Assembly (NCBI GenBank): GCA_030606485.1
Contig: JAUWGH010000007.1
Location: 60,001 to 92,000 of the forward strand
Reading direction: 5' to 3'
Length of the DNA: 32,000 nt
Origin: Promethearchaeota archaeon
GTDB lineage: Archaea > Asgardarchaeota > Lokiarchaeia > Sigyniarchaeales > SOKP01
The translations under genes were made by a program, and so were the position numbers. Below the pieces are notes generated by a model. It made no database searches. It was not told the DNA's origin and was given only the letters and a program-made list of their open reading frames with translations. The stretch's first letter is position 1; each line of letters begins with the position of its first letter. Shown here in pieces: positions 9,248 through 22,467 of this stretch.

Positions 9248-10273
9248 CTAGTTATTAGCTTTTTCTAATCCATGAATCAAATATGATACAACTTCATTAA
9301 TACTAACATCTACACCTAATTGCTTTCCATAAGATACTATTTTTTCATTAATAAAAGAGATTTCAGTTTTATTCTTACCACTTAAAATATCCTGAAGCAT
9401 AGAATTTTTATTCATTGATGTTTTTTTAGCAACCTCTAACATAATTTTAACATAATTTTTTGCCTTAAGCTCAATCCCCTTTTTCTTAGCGACTTTCACT
9501 GCTTCTATAACGGCTCGTTTCATAATATCCCTTAACCCTTTAATTTTAAGCAATTCTCCATTTCTTAAACCAGTTAAAGCTCCAAATGAATTAATTCCAA
9601 CATTGATAAAAATCTTTTCCCAACAGACACTTTCTATATTATCAACAATTTCTGTTTCTAAATTAGCTAAATTTAGAATTGTTTTCAAGGTTTCAAGATT
9701 TTTCTTGTCTTCTTTATTTATTTTAACCGTTTCTTTTTCTGAATTCTCTGTTTTTATGAAGCCAATTTTGGTAATACCTTCCCCCGTACGAATTATATAA
9801 CCATCTCTTTCCATTAATGCACCATTACTTGTGACTGCCCTCAAAATTTTAAAATGTGAGATTTTTTTTTTAACTATTTCGACGTTTCCTATCCCATTTT
9901 GAAGTATTATAAAATATTTGGAATTTTTTATAAGCTCACAATATTCATCTATTGCAGATTCAAGATCATAAGTTTTAGTTGTTAAAAAGAGATACTGAAA
10001 TGGAAATTTATCATTAATATTTGGACGATTTGGATATTTTGGTTCAGTAAAAACATTTAGGTTTAATAGGTTCTCTTTTTTACCGTTTTGTTCAAGTATT
10101 AAACCATTATCTCTAATTGCTTTTTTATGTCTTTCTCGAGTGTATAAAGTTACATTTATTGTGATATTATTATATTTTACCTTGGAAATATTCCCTCCAA
10201 AAAGACATCCAATTGCTCCAGCTCCAATAATTCCAATATTAATAACATCTATCATAAAAAACAGTCTTACCAA
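9248..10273 (-). CDS. panE: Ketopantoate reductase
   Basis: GAGAIG, TKTYD, LQNGIG, WEKIFINVGIN, NKNSMLQD, TEISFIN. Probable start is ATG at 10255. Confidence 0.92.
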   Translation of the reverse strand: MVRLFFMIDVINIGIIGAGAIGCLFGGNISKVKYNNITINVTLYTRERHKKAIRDNGLILEQNGKKENLLNLNVFTEPKYPNRPNINDKFPFQYLFLTTKTYDLESAIDEYCELIKNSKYFIILQNGIGNVEIVKKKISHFKILRAVTSNGALMERDGYIIRTGEGITKIGFIKTENSEKETVKINKEDKKNLETLKTILNLANLETEIVDNIESVCWEKIFINVGINSFGALTGLRNGELLKIKGLRDIMKRAVIEAVKVAKKKGIELKAKNYVKIMLEVAKKTSMNKNSMLQDILSGKNKTEISFINEKIVSYGKQLGVDVSINEVVSYLIHGLEKANN

Positions 10274-10283
10274 CTTTAATAAT

Positions 10284-11150
10284 TTATTTTTTAAAAAATT
10301 TGTTTAAGTCTGTTTGATTTTTAGGAATAGCTCCAGATTTTTTTTTAATTTTAGTCAGTTTAATACTCCTAGGAGGATTTCTGGGATTAATTTTCAGCTC
10401 TTTCATAAGAACTAATGAGTTTTTAGCTGCATATCCTGAAAAATGGTTATTAAAATAAATACCAATTTTTTTAACTTTTCCATCTAATTTCTTAATTTCT
10501 TTAGCCCATTTTTCAATCTCTGCATTCGAAAAATTATAATTAAACCATGGTTTGGCCCCATATCCATGAAATCTAATATAAGACAAATTTGGATTCGTTA
10601 TGTCCATTCTAGGAGGTAAAAGTGGTTCTATCACTCCACAATATGTTATTTGATTTTCTTTTAAAAATGAAAAAATTTCATCATCCATCCAAGATATATG
10701 TCTAAATTCGATTACTCGTTCATATTTTTCTGAACGATCCCAATACTCAATAAAATCTTTTAAATCTTTAAAATTATCATTTTTATTAAATGAAGGAGGC
10801 AATTGTAATAAAAGCGCCAAAAGTTTATTTGATTCAATTAAAGGTTCCATTACGTCTAAAAATTTTTTTAATATAGATGAACATTTATCTAAATTTAACT
10901 TAAATTGATGAGTGATGTCTTGGGGTATTTTTGCAGAAAAAATAAAATCTTTGGGTGTATTTTCAACCCATTTCTTGATTGTTTTTTGAAGGGGGATTTG
11001 ATAAAATGTAGTATTAATTTCAGTTGTAAAATAAATTTCAGAATAATATAATAAATACTCATTTGGTTCTATTACACGAGGATAAAAAACCCCTTTCCAT
11101 TCTGGGTAACCCCATCCTGAAGTTCCAACATATATTTTGTCCATAATCAT
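10284..11150 (-). CDS. DUF72 (YecE-like) family protein
   Basis: VGTSGWGY.EWKG.FYP, EINTTFY, KIPQDITH, LQLPPSF, EFRH.SW, YIRFHG, YFNNH. Confidence 0.93.
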   Translation of the reverse strand: MIMDKIYVGTSGWGYPEWKGVFYPRVIEPNEYLLYYSEIYFTTEINTTFYQIPLQKTIKKWVENTPKDFIFSAKIPQDITHQFKLNLDKCSSILKKFLDVMEPLIESNKLLALLLQLPPSFNKNDNFKDLKDFIEYWDRSEKYERVIEFRHISWMDDEIFSFLKENQITYCGVIEPLLPPRMDITNPNLSYIRFHGYGAKPWFNYNFSNAEIEKWAKEIKKLDGKVKKIGIYFNNHFSGYAAKNSLVLMKELKINPRNPPRSIKLTKIKKKSGAIPKNQTDLNKFFKK

Positions 11151-11625
11151 TAAAACCTAAAAACTATTTATTTTATTTTTAATAATATTAAAAACATAAA
11201 ATTTATAATTTCAATGATCTTTTAATACTATGTTGGTATTAAATTTGTAAGTTATTGGGAGCAAATTATTTCATCCTCGCCCCAAAACAGGATGCAATAT
11301 CCTAATAACTAGCACAAACATTATGGAAGAAAATCAAAAATTTTGGGGCATTTGATTTTTCGGGAAATGATGTTTAAGCTAGGCACAAGAAATTTAAAAT
11401 TTTTATAATTACATAATAATTAACTTGGAAACACAATCCAGAATTTCAATAATTTCAAATTTCATTACATTTAAGCTTTCCATGTATCTCTTGATCTTGT
11501 GCTCATAGGAATATATTTTTCCAAACAGGTAAACGTCTTAGGTATTTAAATATCTAAAAAATTAAAACAAACAAACTAATTCTAAATATAAGCACTCTAA
11601 ATCTTCCTCTGAGTAGTATCCAATA

Positions 11626-14792
<3,167 letters not shown>

Positions 14793-15107
14793 GGATATGA
14801 AAAGTGGATTATAGATTTAGGCTTAGAATATTTAGGATTGGAAATGGTTTAAAGACGTTTCTGTTGGGAGAATATATTCCTAAATTTTTTTTTTATTTCT
14901 ATTTTTTTAATTCAATTATTATCAATTTTCCGAGAAATTTAATTAAAATCCTAAAATAAATTTTCTAAATAATAAATTTCAGGAAAACGTCAAAAATTTT
15001 TAAGTAATATCATAAATACAAACCGACAAAATACTTTTACACTAATCTTTTGGGGACTTTTTAATAATATAATAATAAAAATAAGAAATAAATGAGGATT
15101 TTATTTT

Positions 15108-15872
15108 ATGACGGATATTCACAATAAAAGTTTTTTTGGTCAAAAAGTTGGAATGATATTATCTAGTAGATCAAAAACAGATCCATTTATATTTCTTAAG
15201 TTTCTGAAGAAAAAGGCTAATAATGAATGGGAAAAACCATCAAGGGGAGAAGGAAAGACAATAAAAATCTCAATCGAAGAAATGATTACAATTCTAAGCG
15301 TACTTTATAGGAAACTTCCTAAATGGAGTGGTTTTCATTCATTTAAAGAAGAGAAAACTTCAATAAACCTGAATTGGGATGAAAAGAATGAATTATTATG
15401 GATTAGAGTTGATGAATATGCAAAAAGTTTAAAATTTCCACAAACCGAATTTTTAAAGTTATTAATTGAACATTTAATAAAAGAAAAAATTTCATTTGCA
15501 ACTTCTGGAAATACAACTTTTAACAAAAAAGAATCATCAGCTAAGAATTCTGAAAATTATCTTGAATCTTTTGAAAGCGAATCTTTTTTTGAAAATATTA
15601 ATAATTTTAGTAATATCAAAGACAAGAAGGATATTATCGAACGATACACAAATAATGTTCAAAATAATAAAATAAAAAATAATTCTAAACAAATAATAAA
15701 AGCAAGAATTAAAAAATTGACAGATAAAGCAGTCCTTCTTATATTTGGGAATGGTTCTGAAGTTTGGTTTCCTAAAAGTACAATTCACTGTGAGTTCGAT
15801 CCCAAACAAAATTCATATCAACAGGAGTTCCTTCTAGATAGTTGGATTCTTGAAAAAAATCATATTTTATAA
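15108..15872 (+). CDS. Two-domain hypothetical protein; N-terminal domain possibly Whirly/PC4-like ssDNA-binding
   Basis: 254-aa ORF with ATG and an upstream GAGG. N-terminal globular domain, Asn/Ser/Glu linker, C-terminal TDKAVLL...VWFPKS...DSW domain. Fold assignment is by eye. Confidence 0.75.
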   Translation: MTDIHNKSFFGQKVGMILSSRSKTDPFIFLKFLKKKANNEWEKPSRGEGKTIKISIEEMITILSVLYRKLPKWSGFHSFKEEKTSINLNWDEKNELLWIRVDEYAKSLKFPQTEFLKLLIEHLIKEKISFATSGNTTFNKKESSAKNSENYLESFESESFFENINNFSNIKDKKDIIERYTNNVQNNKIKNNSKQIIKARIKKLTDKAVLLIFGNGSEVWFPKSTIHCEFDPKQNSYQQEFLLDSWILEKNHIL

Positions 15873-15918
15873 TACGTAAATCAAAATCTTTTTTTTTAAA
15901 ATTAGCAATACTTTATTT

Positions 15919-16713
15919 ATGAAGAAATTAGTTTGTCTCAAACCTTCTCAAAGTAAAAGATTAATTGCGATATTAATAGCACGCCTTCCAATGATTCAAG
16001 AAAAAATGCAAAAGGGAAATATTTTTATAACAAGAGGAACAACTCAAGGATACATTCTAGAGGAGTTAATAAAAATTTCAAAAAGTGAATATTCATTTAA
16101 AAAACCTAACTTTGTTGCAGGACAAATAATTCCAGCTCAAGATCATAATGGCATTGGATCACTTACTGTAAATACGATATCATGGCCAGAAATTTATTTT
16201 AAAGATGGGGAAATCAAAGAAGTTATAGATCGTGTAAAATGTGTTCAACGATTCAAAAAAGGAGATATTATCATCAAAGGTGGTAATGCATTAGATTATA
16301 ATGGACAAGTTGGTGTGTTTTTAGGAAGTAAAACTGGAGGAACAATTGGAAGCCTATTAGGATCAATAAAAGCACTCGGACTCAAACTTTTAATTCCAAT
16401 AACACTTGAAAAATTAATAGATGGTGATGTTGTTGAATTATCTGAAATTATGGGTATATGCGAGATTGATGATCCAGGAAAAAACAGTCTAAAAATTGGT
16501 ATGATGCCAATATCTGGCACAATAATGAATGAAGTCACTATTTTAGAGTCAATTTTTGATATTAATGTTTATCATATAGGGAGTGGCGGAGTAGGAGGAA
16601 TGGAAGGCGCAATCACTTTATTAATTGAAGGAAGTGAAAGTATAATAGAAGAAATTTCAAATCTTTTAGAAAAATTAGAGAATGAGCCAGATTTTAAACC
16701 AAATCGACCTTAA
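15919..16713 (+). CDS. Conserved uncharacterised anaerobe protein (possible RpiA/CoA-transferase-like fold)
   Basis: RGTTQGY, IIKGGNALD, GGTIG, IPITLEKL, GSGGVGGMEGA. Confidence 0.7.
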   Translation: MKKLVCLKPSQSKRLIAILIARLPMIQEKMQKGNIFITRGTTQGYILEELIKISKSEYSFKKPNFVAGQIIPAQDHNGIGSLTVNTISWPEIYFKDGEIKEVIDRVKCVQRFKKGDIIIKGGNALDYNGQVGVFLGSKTGGTIGSLLGSIKALGLKLLIPITLEKLIDGDVVELSEIMGICEIDDPGKNSLKIGMMPISGTIMNEVTILESIFDINVYHIGSGGVGGMEGAITLLIEGSESIIEEISNLLEKLENEPDFKPNRP

Positions 16714-16804
16714 ATAAAGGAAATATTTATTTCTTATTTTTTTAAAGTATGTTTCAACAACCATCTATTAAAAAAAAAAGGAGTTTATAATTGTAACTGT
16801 AGAT

Positions 16805-17311
16805 TTGATAATAATTTTGACAATATCGGATAATTCAAATTGGGTTGAGGCTGTTTTTTTTAATCAAAAAGTAAACGTTAGAAGTATTATTAGAAATGAA
16901 GAAATAAAGTATATGAAATTTTTTATGTCTAAAACTAATATATGTTGCGAAAATATAATTCATTATAAAAATTACATCTTTTTTTTTGTTAAGCCTTCTC
17001 TTTTTCAGAAAGCAAATAAATATTTAGCACAATTAAGATATGCCCTGATCGGAAAAAAGATTCTTATTATTAAACAAAAGAGACGAATTATTGATTTAAT
17101 TTATACTTTCTTTCCAAATGTAAATATTCGAAAACTAGAATTATTAATAAAAAACAATACTGGAGATTTAGAATTGCTCATATTTATCCCCCACTTTAAA
17201 GAGAGAGGTATTGCTGTCGGCAAAGCAGGAAATTATATAAAAATTGTTAATGAGATATTTGAAGAATTTATATACCCGGTTAAAATCTCTTGTTTATATT
17301 TAAGGGACTAG
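16805..17311 (+). CDS. NusA-like KH-domain protein (divergent paralog)
   Basis: Second KH motif RGIAVGKAGNYIK is intact; the first KH lacks GxxG. TTG start, exact start uncertain. Confidence 0.7.
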   Translation: MIIILTISDNSNWVEAVFFNQKVNVRSIIRNEEIKYMKFFMSKTNICCENIIHYKNYIFFFVKPSLFQKANKYLAQLRYALIGKKILIIKQKRRIIDLIYTFFPNVNIRKLELLIKNNTGDLELLIFIPHFKERGIAVGKAGNYIKIVNEIFEEFIYPVKISCLYLRD

Positions 17312-17330
17312 AAATTTTTTTACAAAGCGC

Positions 17331-18119
17331 TTACCAAGGAACATTTTTTAAACCAATTAAATAAGCTATTGTATTGGCTAATATAGCTACAGATGGAGTT
17401 AAGATAAATAAAAAACTTATTATTAAAATATCTAACGGCAAAAAAATTTCTGGCAAAATAAACGAAGGAATAGATGCCATAATCATAGCAAACATCGCGA
17501 AGTCAAGTTGGTCTATAATCCACAATGGATTTCCTCTACTGACATTTAATCGTCTTTTAATAAAAGAACCGATTAAATCTCCAAAAGCTGCACCGTAAGC
17601 ACACAAAAAAATTCTTATAATTATTGTTAAATAACCAAAAATTAAATTATCATCAGGTCTGCCACCAATAAAATAATATCTAAAATAAATCATACTATTA
17701 TAATATTTATATACACCATTCATAATTCCTTCAGAAGGAATTGGCTCAATAACGCCCCATAAAAAAATAAAAAGAAGAGAAATTGCTGCAGAAATTGGAA
17801 TTCCTATTAATAATGGACCTCTAATTAATCCCTTCCAAGTTTTTCCAGGTCCAAAAATTCGTCTTCCATCAATAAAATTTTTTCCTCCATCAACTGGCTT
17901 TCCTCCGCCTATTAAAACCATACCTGCATTTGCTAAATAAGCGGGAACTATAAATAATAATGAAAAAATTAATAATGCAACCCAATCAGTCCATGAAAAA
18001 ATTAATGAAATTATTAAAAAATCGATAAAAATTAAAAAAATGCACACTAAGGCAAGTATAAATGCGATTTTCTTGTTTATATTTTCCTTCTCATTTAGTT
18101 CATTTCTTATATTTCGCAT
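17331..18119 (-). CDS. carS: CDP-archaeol synthase
   Basis: PAYLANA, GGGKPVDGG...DGRRIFGPGKTWKG, GDLIGSFIKRRL, DQLDF; multi-pass membrane protein. Confidence 0.93.
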   Translation of the reverse strand: MRNIRNELNEKENINKKIAFILALVCIFLIFIDFLIISLIFSWTDWVALLIFSLLFIVPAYLANAGMVLIGGGKPVDGGKNFIDGRRIFGPGKTWKGLIRGPLLIGIPISAAISLLFIFLWGVIEPIPSEGIMNGVYKYYNSMIYFRYYFIGGRPDDNLIFGYLTIIIRIFLCAYGAAFGDLIGSFIKRRLNVSRGNPLWIIDQLDFAMFAMIMASIPSFILPEIFLPLDILIISFLFILTPSVAILANTIAYLIGLKNVPW

Positions 18120-18339
18120 AAAATTACTTCTATGAGATGATTGATTAACTTTAATTTAATATTAATAAATGTTTTAATTAACATAAATTAATAAATTGTC
18201 TATATTAAAAAATATCAAATAATTTTCGATTTAATATTTTTTTTATTAATTACACAATCGTTGTTTAATAATATCTCTTTATAACTAATTGCCGACAAAA
18301 ATATAATTATTGTTTATTGATAATTCTTACTTATAAAAT

Positions 18340-18534
18340 ATTTCCTTTGGAGTAAAAAACAAAAATAAAAATTTATTAAGATTTTTCGATTTTGGAAAAT
18401 AATAATTAATTAATAAAAAATATTAAAAACCTAATAAAAGATATTAATGAGTTCTTAATTTTCTTTTGATTAATAGGAAGATTTAAATATTCTCTCCAGA
18501 TGAAATTTTTTATTGAGGTTAATTTCAACTGGAA
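18340..18534. promoter_or_regulatory. Candidate replication origin: three mini-ORB-like elements around an AT-rich tract
   Basis: CTCCAAAGGAAAT (-, 18340..18352), CTCCAGATGAAAT (+, 18494..18506) and TTCCAGTTGAAAT (-, 18522..18534), immediately upstream of or overlapping the start of cdc6. Confidence 0.65.
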
Positions 18535-19894
18535 AACAATCTTAGAATTTATATTAGCTAGGGAAAAAGTTTTGAAAGAAAATAATGAATTGAATTATAA
18601 ATTTGATATTTCACAATTTTATACAGATTTTTTGAAAAGTCCTAAAATATTTAAAAATAGGGATGCGTTAAATCCAACTTACATTCCAAATAACCTACCT
18701 CATCGTGATATACAGATAAAAAAAATTGCTGAAATTACAGCTTGCCTGTTAAAAGATGGAGTTCCTTTTAATCTTTTAAGTTATGGAAAGACAGGAACAG
18801 GAAAAACTTCAGTCATAAGGTTTGTTAGCAGGAAACTTGATGAAAAATGTAACGAAATTCAAAGAAATAGACCTTGGTGGATTTATAACAATTGTCAGCA
18901 AGTTAATACTCCGTATAGAATTTTAGCAAATATTTTTAATACTCTTTCCATAGAGGAAAAAATCCCGCCAACAGGTTTGCCAAAAGATATAATTTTTCAA
19001 AAGCTTTTAAATTTGTTAGATGATGTTGTTGGCAACTCTGTATGTTTTATAGTTTTGGATGAGATCGATATTTTGATTAAAAAAAAAGGTGGAAATGAAA
19101 TATTATATGATTTAACTAGATTAAATGAGAAATATCAATTAAAAAAATGTAGGGTTTGTTTAATTGGAATATCAAATATCTTAAAATTTAAAAGTTTTCT
19201 TGATCCTCGAGTTTTGAGTAGTTTTGGTGGAGAAGAATTAGTTTTTCCCGCTTATAATGCTGAGGAATTGACAGATATTTTACAAGAAAGAGCTGAAATT
19301 GCTTTTTTTAAAAACGTGATATTGGAAGAGACAATTCCATTATGTGCAGCGCTTGCGGCAAAAGAACATGGAGATGCTAGAAAAGCTCTACAATTACTTA
19401 GAAAAGCAGGTGAATTAGCAGAAAGAAGTCATAATAAAAAGGTGTCATCAAAATTTGTTTATAAAGCTCAAAAATCTTTAGAACAAGATAATACGGAACA
19501 ATTCATAGAGAGCTTACCAAAGCAAATTCAATTAGTTTTATGTTCTATTTTTCTAATTACAAAACATCTTCCTAACTTAAAAATAATTACTGGTGATATT
19601 TATGATGTTTATCTTGAAATTTATGATAAAATTCCTGGTGTTAAGAAATTAACACGAAGGAGAGTAAGTGATTTAATAAATGAGCTGGCATTAGCAGGTA
19701 TCATAAAAGCTGAAGTAGTATCGATGGGTTACTATGGTCGTTCAAAAATCGTAAAATTAGATATGCCATTAGATCAATTATTTAAAATTTTAGAAAAAAT
19801 TGAAAATATAAAACACATCCTTAATTATAAACCCATTATTGCACAAAAAGGAAAAGCAAAATTAAATAAAAATACTTTTAAAAAATTATTTTAA
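18500..19894 (+). CDS. cdc6: Cdc6/Orc1 replication initiator
   Basis: YIP..LPHRD, Walker A GKTGTGKT, Walker B LDEID, EHGDARKAL.LLR, C-terminal wHTH. True start is probably a downstream TTG. Confidence 0.97.
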   Translation: MKFFIEVNFNWKTILEFILAREKVLKENNELNYKFDISQFYTDFLKSPKIFKNRDALNPTYIPNNLPHRDIQIKKIAEITACLLKDGVPFNLLSYGKTGTGKTSVIRFVSRKLDEKCNEIQRNRPWWIYNNCQQVNTPYRILANIFNTLSIEEKIPPTGLPKDIIFQKLLNLLDDVVGNSVCFIVLDEIDILIKKKGGNEILYDLTRLNEKYQLKKCRVCLIGISNILKFKSFLDPRVLSSFGGEELVFPAYNAEELTDILQERAEIAFFKNVILEETIPLCAALAAKEHGDARKALQLLRKAGELAERSHNKKVSSKFVYKAQKSLEQDNTEQFIESLPKQIQLVLCSIFLITKHLPNLKIITGDIYDVYLEIYDKIPGVKKLTRRRVSDLINELALAGIIKAEVVSMGYYGRSKIVKLDMPLDQLFKILEKIENIKHILNYKPIIAQKGKAKLNKNTFKKLF

Positions 19895-20565
19895 ATAAAT
19901 TCCCAATTATCAAGTTCTTCAATAATATTCGTTAATATCTTTTCAGTTTTTGATTCATTTTCTGATTTTAAAATTATAAATAATTTTACTAAATGTTTAC
20001 ATAACTTTTTTTGTCTACTCTTGCGAGTTAAATAATCATGGCAATCATGAATGATTTTTTTTTTATTTAATTCAACTTCAAATTTATAACGCTTTTCTTT
20101 AGTACCACTAACCTCTCCTCTTATTATTCCTTGATCAATATTAAGTTCGTGAAATGTAAAAGAATTTTTAGAAACTGATACTGACCTATTTAGAGTACTT
20201 TCATCTGATAATTCTTTTAAAAGCATATTAAAAGAACCTTTTCTTTCTTTAGAAAGATCATTCAGACTAATTGCTTTTAAACTAATATCTTCTAGCGCAT
20301 TTTTCACTTTTTCATTCTCTTTTTTTTGCAAAGTAATGAAATCTTCTCGTAATTCTTTAGAAAGTAAAATTTTACCACTTTTTTCAACTAAAAAACCTTT
20401 TTTTATTAATTCATTGACTAATTGAACTGATTTATTTGGTTTTAAAAGAAATAATTCAAAAGAAATATAATAAATTAGCTCTTCCCTCCCAATTGAAGGA
20501 AGATCTAAGCTCCTCCAAATATATATTATCAATTCCTTATGATTTGAAGGTGTTTTATTAATCAT
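19891..20565 (-). CDS. DUF2240-like N-terminal domain fused to SWIM-type Zn finger
   Basis: N-terminal helical region (ELIYYISFEL..LKPNKS..LV..LIKKG) plus HDCHD...LCKHL. Its stop overlaps the cdc6 stop in TTAA. Confidence 0.7.
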   Translation of the reverse strand: MINKTPSNHKELIIYIWRSLDLPSIGREELIYYISFELFLLKPNKSVQLVNELIKKGFLVEKSGKILLSKELREDFITLQKKENEKVKNALEDISLKAISLNDLSKERKGSFNMLLKELSDESTLNRSVSVSKNSFTFHELNIDQGIIRGEVSGTKEKRYKFEVELNKKKIIHDCHDYLTRKSRQKKLCKHLVKLFIILKSENESKTEKILTNIIEELDNWEFI

Positions 20566-20598
20566 TTTTTTTACAAAAATTAGTTATTATTTAATAGA

Positions 20599-22467
20599 TT
20601 AACTATTTAAATTGATTTCTGTTATTTTCCTTTTATCTAGTTCAACAATACCAATCCTACCTGGAGTTGGATTGATTCCGAAAGATTCCATATATTTAGT
20701 TTTATTTTGAAAGCATCCACTATTTACTAATAAAATATTACGATAATTCCCAAAACCACTTATATGAATATGACCGGTATGAAAAATATCAGGAATAGTA
20801 TCAATTACTAACCAGTCTTTTCTCATTGGAGCAATTAGATTTTTTCCTCCGTATGAGGGCGCTAAATGTCTAAATCTCAATATTTCTTTCATTGATTTTG
20901 TGGGTTGTTCGTGAGATAAACCTGGAATTGACATATTAAGATCAATTAAACTGTCACCATGAAATGATAATGTTTTTACGCCTTCAGTTTGAATTAAAAC
21001 TGGATCTCCCACACAAATAACACCCAAATCAAACAAACCATCAATATATTTTTTTGGAACAGCGGGTTGAGGCAATGCCTTATGCACGGGCTCATGAGAT
21101 CCAGGTGAATAAAATATCTTTATATAAGATGGGATCTCTCTTAATAACTCTGCTGCTTTCTCATATTGTTTATAAATATCTGAAATTTCTAAATTTTCTT
21201 TTTGATTGGGATATATCCCAATTCCATCAATTAAATCTCCTGCTATCATAATATATTTAATTTTACCTGCAAAATCTCTTGTTTTTTGGTTTCCAAACTT
21301 TCCATTCAAAAATTTAATGAATCTTTTCCATAATTTTGGAATAAATTTTTTACTTCCAATATGCAAATCGGAAATTAATGCAATAGATAAAGGAGTATCA
21401 GAATATGCTGGGTTAAAAGAAACTGGTATATCTATTTCTGTAAGATTTCGAACAAAAATTATTCCAGGTCTATTATTTTCCCCAGGTCTATAAAAACCTT
21501 CGACGTAAATCATTATATCATTTACTAAATAATTCGTTTTTTGGAACAACTCATAATTAATTGAGTCATTTTTTACTAAAAGATTTATTCGTCCAGTTAA
21601 ATCCTCAATTTGTATCATTTTATTGTCAGATGATGTTGTTTTAATGCTTATGATTAATCCTATTACTTTTACCTCGCCTACTTGATTTAACCTTAATATA
21701 TTTGCAATATTATTTGCCGCTGAAATATTTTCTCGTTTTCTCATTAATTTTTTAAATGAATAAAATCTGTCTTTAAAAAGTTCCATAAAATCTTCGTATG
21801 ATCCCGAAGTATGCATCTTTCCGGTTGGATCTTTTAATATCTCATAGTTTGCATTATATTCTTTAGCTAACGGACAATATCTTTTTATACTAGAAGAAAT
21901 TTGATTTATTTTTATTTTATCAATTTCAACCTTACTATCTTGGCTATTATCAATTTTGGAAGAATTTTGAATTTTCGTCTCGTAAGCTGATTCAACATCA
22001 TAATTTTCAGAAAATAAATCGTCTTGATAAATTTCGGGAGGTGAAATTTTCTCGTTAATTTCATTATCTTCTTGCTCACGAATGGTTTCAGATTCAGCTT
22101 TAATGTCGTCACTTTCTTGTTTTTTAATTAAACCTTCTGAAATGTCTGAAATTTTCTCAATTTCAACAACTACATTTTTAGTTTTTATGATATTTTTAAA
22201 TTTTTGATATTGATTAAGATAATTCGTAAAAATGTTTGGTCTTTTATTATTTGGAATCTTTAGTATCTCATCTACTGTAATATGATTGTTAAAAGAAGGT
22301 AAGAAACTTGTTTCTTTTATTAATATATCAATATTTATATTTGGATCATCTGACTCCAAAATTAAAGTAAATAGTTCTGGTGATATGTTAATACCAGATT
22401 TTAATAATTTCTTAATTAAAAACTTTCTGATCTCTATTTGATTATAACGTGAGTGATTTCTTTCCAT
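20599..22467 (-). CDS. polB: DNA polymerase D small (proofreading) subunit DP1
   Basis: OB fold followed by phosphoesterase motifs SDLHIGS, AGDLIDG, PGSHE, FHG, HTGHIH. Confidence 0.96.
   Translation of the reverse strand: MERNHSRYNQIEIRKFLIKKLLKSGINISPELFTLILESDDPNINIDILIKETSFLPSFNNHITVDEILKIPNNKRPNIFTNYLNQYQKFKNIIKTKNVVVEIEKISDISEGLIKKQESDDIKAESETIREQEDNEINEKISPPEIYQDDLFSENYDVESAYETKIQNSSKIDNSQDSKVEIDKIKINQISSSIKRYCPLAKEYNANYEILKDPTGKMHTSGSYEDFMELFKDRFYSFKKLMRKRENISAANNIANILRLNQVGEVKVIGLIISIKTTSSDNKMIQIEDLTGRINLLVKNDSINYELFQKTNYLVNDIMIYVEGFYRPGENNRPGIIFVRNLTEIDIPVSFNPAYSDTPLSIALISDLHIGSKKFIPKLWKRFIKFLNGKFGNQKTRDFAGKIKYIMIAGDLIDGIGIYPNQKENLEISDIYKQYEKAAELLREIPSYIKIFYSPGSHEPVHKALPQPAVPKKYIDGLFDLGVICVGDPVLIQTEGVKTLSFHGDSLIDLNMSIPGLSHEQPTKSMKEILRFRHLAPSYGGKNLIAPMRKDWLVIDTIPDIFHTGHIHISGFGNYRNILLVNSGCFQNKTKYMESFGINPTPGRIGIVELDKRKITEINLNS

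Noticed and set aside
11151-11505. C/D-box sRNA or other ncRNA upstream of 23S (ATGATG at ~11367; CATCCT/AGGATG hairpin)
   Set aside because: The C box is imperfect and has no suitably placed CTGA D box. The region is more simply the promoter and 5' leader.
14883-15107. 5S rRNA downstream of 23S
   Set aside because: The sequence is extremely AT-rich with no 5S motifs.
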